NCBI GenBank assembly: GCA_963666345.1
Contig: OY762721.1
Location: 3,040,001 to 3,104,000, forward strand
Origin: Desulfatiglandales bacterium
GTDB taxonomy: Bacteria; Desulfobacterota; DSM-4660; Desulfatiglandales; Desulfatiglandaceae
Length of the DNA: 64,000 bases
Direction: 5' to 3'
The notes under the pieces were generated by a model. That model saw only the letters and a program-made list of their open reading frames with translations. It had not been told where the DNA came from and ran no database searches. Both the position numbers and the translations under genes were made by a program. Shown here in pieces: positions 61,754 to 64,000 of the stretch. Each line of letters begins with the position of its first letter. Position 1 is the first letter of the stretch.

Positions 61754-62682
61754 GATGCTAGGCATGGCATGTGACTAGCAGGGTGAAAGTCCCTGTACCA
61801 GGTGTTCGCGGAGCCTAAGGTTAGGAGAAGGGCAAGGGCGTCGTCGTGAGGCGGGGTCTGGAGGAAGCCCAATCCAAAAGCGCGGGGCGACGTATCACGC
61901 CGTTGGCGTGACGCAAGCGCTCACCGGATCTGAGGTGTGGTACGTCCGGGGCGAGTGGGCACGTGACCACGAAGCCCTCCATCCGCAATCGGGGCGTGCT
62001 TTATAAATCCGGCGTTTACGCGCGGAAAGCTCTGTGTCTTACCCCGGGAGGTCTCCATTGTGCCTTTTGAGAAGTCGCGTGCGACGGAATTTTGGCTGAG
62101 AATTGAGCAATCAATTCTGACCGCAATGGAGAAGTCAGCAGAGGGCATAGTAGTCTAGGAAGTCACGCTAATGCATGATTGGGAACGAGCTGTGAAAGAG
62201 CGGAGGATTCACCCGACGAAGGCCCGAACGGTTAGAGAGAGCAAGTAGGCGTTCGTGCAGTAGACATTAGCTTACCGGCGCTCAAGCGTGGTCGCTTACT
62301 GTTGAGTGAACAAATTGTATGCTGTGCTGAATTAACTGAAAACTCAATGGTTGGTCGCTGTTTGTTTATATTTGCATGCAGGAAAAGGGCTTTCCACTCC
62401 TGATCGGTAAGGAAAGTTGAGCAGGGTGTTGTCGGATCGGTACGAGCGATCAAGGTAATCATGAAGATCCTCCAAGCTACAATGCTCATAACTGTGAGGT
62501 ATTTTGCCAGCCGATCGGCATGCCCTAGCCGACATGATTCGACCCTAATGAAGTACATTTCAATTCGCCAGCGTAAGCAGTACCACAAAACTTTTTCATA
62601 AGCACCGAACCGCCGTGGTACGTGATCCGTATGCCAGGTGGTGTGGGAGGGGGGAGGCCGTGAGGCCCCTCCCTATCCCGAT
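61754..62682 (+). mobile_element. Group IIC intron without RT ORF
   Basis: GGCATGG...AGGGTGAAAGTCCC, GGAGGAAGC, CTTACCCCGGGAGGTCT, GAGAAGTCAGCAGAG, GAAGGCCCGAAC; DV/DVI GAACCGCCG...GGTGGTGTGGGAGG...CTATCCCGAT; 5' end uncertain. Confidence 0.9.
62350..62588 (-). pseudogene. IS4/IS50-type transposase fragment inside intron domain IV
   Basis: WYCLRWRIE, SIVAWRI, ARTDPTTPC..FLTDQEW. Confidence 0.75.
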
Positions 62683-63027
62683 TAGTGCCCAGAAGAGATG
62701 AATTGTTCCGCAGCTGCTGCGAGGAGTTCAGAACGTTTCAAACCATGTTTTCCCCTATACTCATCTACATCATTGAGAAGAGATTCAGCCAGGGAAGATG
62801 ACATTAAATCGTTTTTTGGGTTCATTGATAATTTGGCTTTTTGGCTTAGGAATCGGTTTACCATGTTTTTTGGCAGTCTCGATCCATAATTTCATAGCTG
62901 TTTCTATTTCTTTAAGAGCTTCTTCTGGAGTTTCGCCAAAAGCTGAGCATCCTTTAAGCTCTTCGATTTCAGCTATGTAATCACCATCGCCTTCGGGGTC
63001 GGGGAAAATTTTTAAGGTATATTCCAT
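62682..63027 (-). pseudogene. hicB: HicB antitoxin split by a frameshift before its C-terminal DNA-binding part
   Basis: ELKGCSAFGETPEEAL..IPKP; ESLLNDVD..KRSELLA lies in another frame; apparent 4-bp insertion near 62787-62790. Confidence 0.8.
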
Positions 63028-63233
63028 AATTACTCTCCACGTTTCAATAATTTTAATCGCTTGCTTTACCTGATAAGTTTTAGATCCATAATTTCAGTGA
63101 GCATCCTTTAAGCTCTTCGATTTCAGCTATGTAATCACCATCGCCTTCGGGGTCGGGGAAAATTTTTAAGGTATATTCCATAATTACTCTCCATCAATAA
63201 TTTTAATCGCTTGCTTTACCTGATAAGTTTTAG
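62881..63233. repeat. Imperfect tandem duplication across the hicA/hicB junction
   Basis: 62881-63083 repeated at 63083-63233 with about 50 bp missing. Confidence 0.9.
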
Positions 63234-63420
63234 CAGTGCCATCTCTCTTTTTTTGGATATTAATAGGTGTTTCGATAACTGGATGAACAAAAATATGATG
63301 ACTCCCACTTACGCGATCAAGGGAAAATCCATTATCTTCCAGCCAGCTTATAAGATCTTGGAATTTTACGTTTTTCGGATTCCTTCTGATCTTTCGATGT
63401 TTTTTATCAGTTTTTGTCAT
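63184..63420 (-). CDS. hicA: HicA toxin
   Basis: NPKNVKF, GF..RVSGSHHIF, AKTYQVKQ. Confidence 0.9.
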   Translation of the reverse strand: MTKTDKKHRKIRRNPKNVKFQDLISWLEDNGFSLDRVSGSHHIFVHPVIETPINIQKKRDGTAKTYQVKQAIKIIDGE

Positions 63421-63454
63421 AATTTAAGAAATAGGATTTTCCATTTTTCAGATA

Positions 63455-63483
63455 ATTATAGTGTGTAATTACACATTTGTCAA
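63455..63483 (-). promoter_or_regulatory. hicAB promoter with operator
   Basis: TTGACA-N17-TATAAT with palindrome TGTGTAATTACACA in the spacer. Confidence 0.85.
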
Positions 63484-63502
63484 AATAATAATCACAAAGA
63501 AG

Positions 63503-63566
63503 CACTAACATCCTGCTGCAAGGGGTGGCGCATAAAAATGCGCCACCCCTGGGAAGACCGTTATCT
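63503..63566 (+). repeat. attC site closing the hicAB cassette
   Basis: CACTAAC...AGGGGTGGCGCAT-AAAA-ATGCGCCACCCCT...GTTATCT; R'' complements TTAGTG at 62682. Confidence 0.85.
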
Positions 63567-63595
63567 GATTAATATATGGAAAGTGTTTGGAAAAA

Positions 63596-63988
63596 ATGGA
63601 AATTGATTATCGAAACTTTTTTAAGGAATGGAAAAATTGGGAGGAATTTGAACCACAAATTGATGGTATCAATGGAGTGTATGCATTTCGATTAATGAAA
63701 GCCTTTGGCAGGCTTAATGGTAAATCGAGCATTTTGTATATCGGAAAGGCAGAACAGAATCCCGAAAGGAACAAAAGACCCGGTATCTGGCACCGCTTAA
63801 AGAATTACCGGCAAAATAATAAGGGTGCATCAGAAAGATTGAAGGAGATAGAGGCTCATTTTGAAGGTAGACAGTTTATAGAATATGCTTATGAAATTTC
63901 CGGAAATCCACGTGATACAGAAAAAAGTTTATTGGAAAGCTATTACAAAATGCACTTAGAGTATCCGCCACTTAACAGGAACTCATGA
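63596..63988 (+). CDS. Cassette gene: GIY-YIG-like nuclease
   Basis: GVY...ILYIGKA...RLKNY...E..LL...PPLN. Confidence 0.7.
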   Translation: MEIDYRNFFKEWKNWEEFEPQIDGINGVYAFRLMKAFGRLNGKSSILYIGKAEQNPERNKRPGIWHRLKNYRQNNKGASERLKEIEAHFEGRQFIEYAYEISGNPRDTEKSLLESYYKMHLEYPPLNRNS

Positions 63989-64000
63989 ATTTAGCACAAT

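Overview
Chromosomal window of a probable Desulfobacterota/deltaproteobacterial anaerobe; taxonomy is inferred from gene content only. Bases 1-46.4 kb are mostly housekeeping and envelope genes: an RND efflux triad, AI-2E transporter, OmpR-type two-component system with tandem DegQ proteases, pgm, thiolase/DUF35, prmA, rsmE, glmM, greA, fdhD and ftsY. A small accessory patch at 16.5-26 kb holds pseudogenes, alkylation-repair genes, a mazEF-like pair and tsaA. It includes an MGMT missed by the ORF track whose catalytic Cys codon is TGA followed by a SECIS-like hairpin, so it is a probable selenoprotein. At 47-55.6 kb lie a tripartite tricarboxylate transporter, a complete IS21 (8-bp TSD) and tyrosine phenol-lyase with an Lrp regulator. 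At 56-64 kb is a decayed integron: intI remnant, several attC sites, toxin-antitoxin and unknown-gene cassettes, and an ORF-less group IIC intron sitting in the top-strand core site of an attC. The most unusual signal is a repeated element (one intact and three decayed copies) in which a four-helix-bundle gene lies between inverted octamer arrays and two specific terminal hairpins, with no transposase. All calls are by-eye motif recognition; no searches were run.
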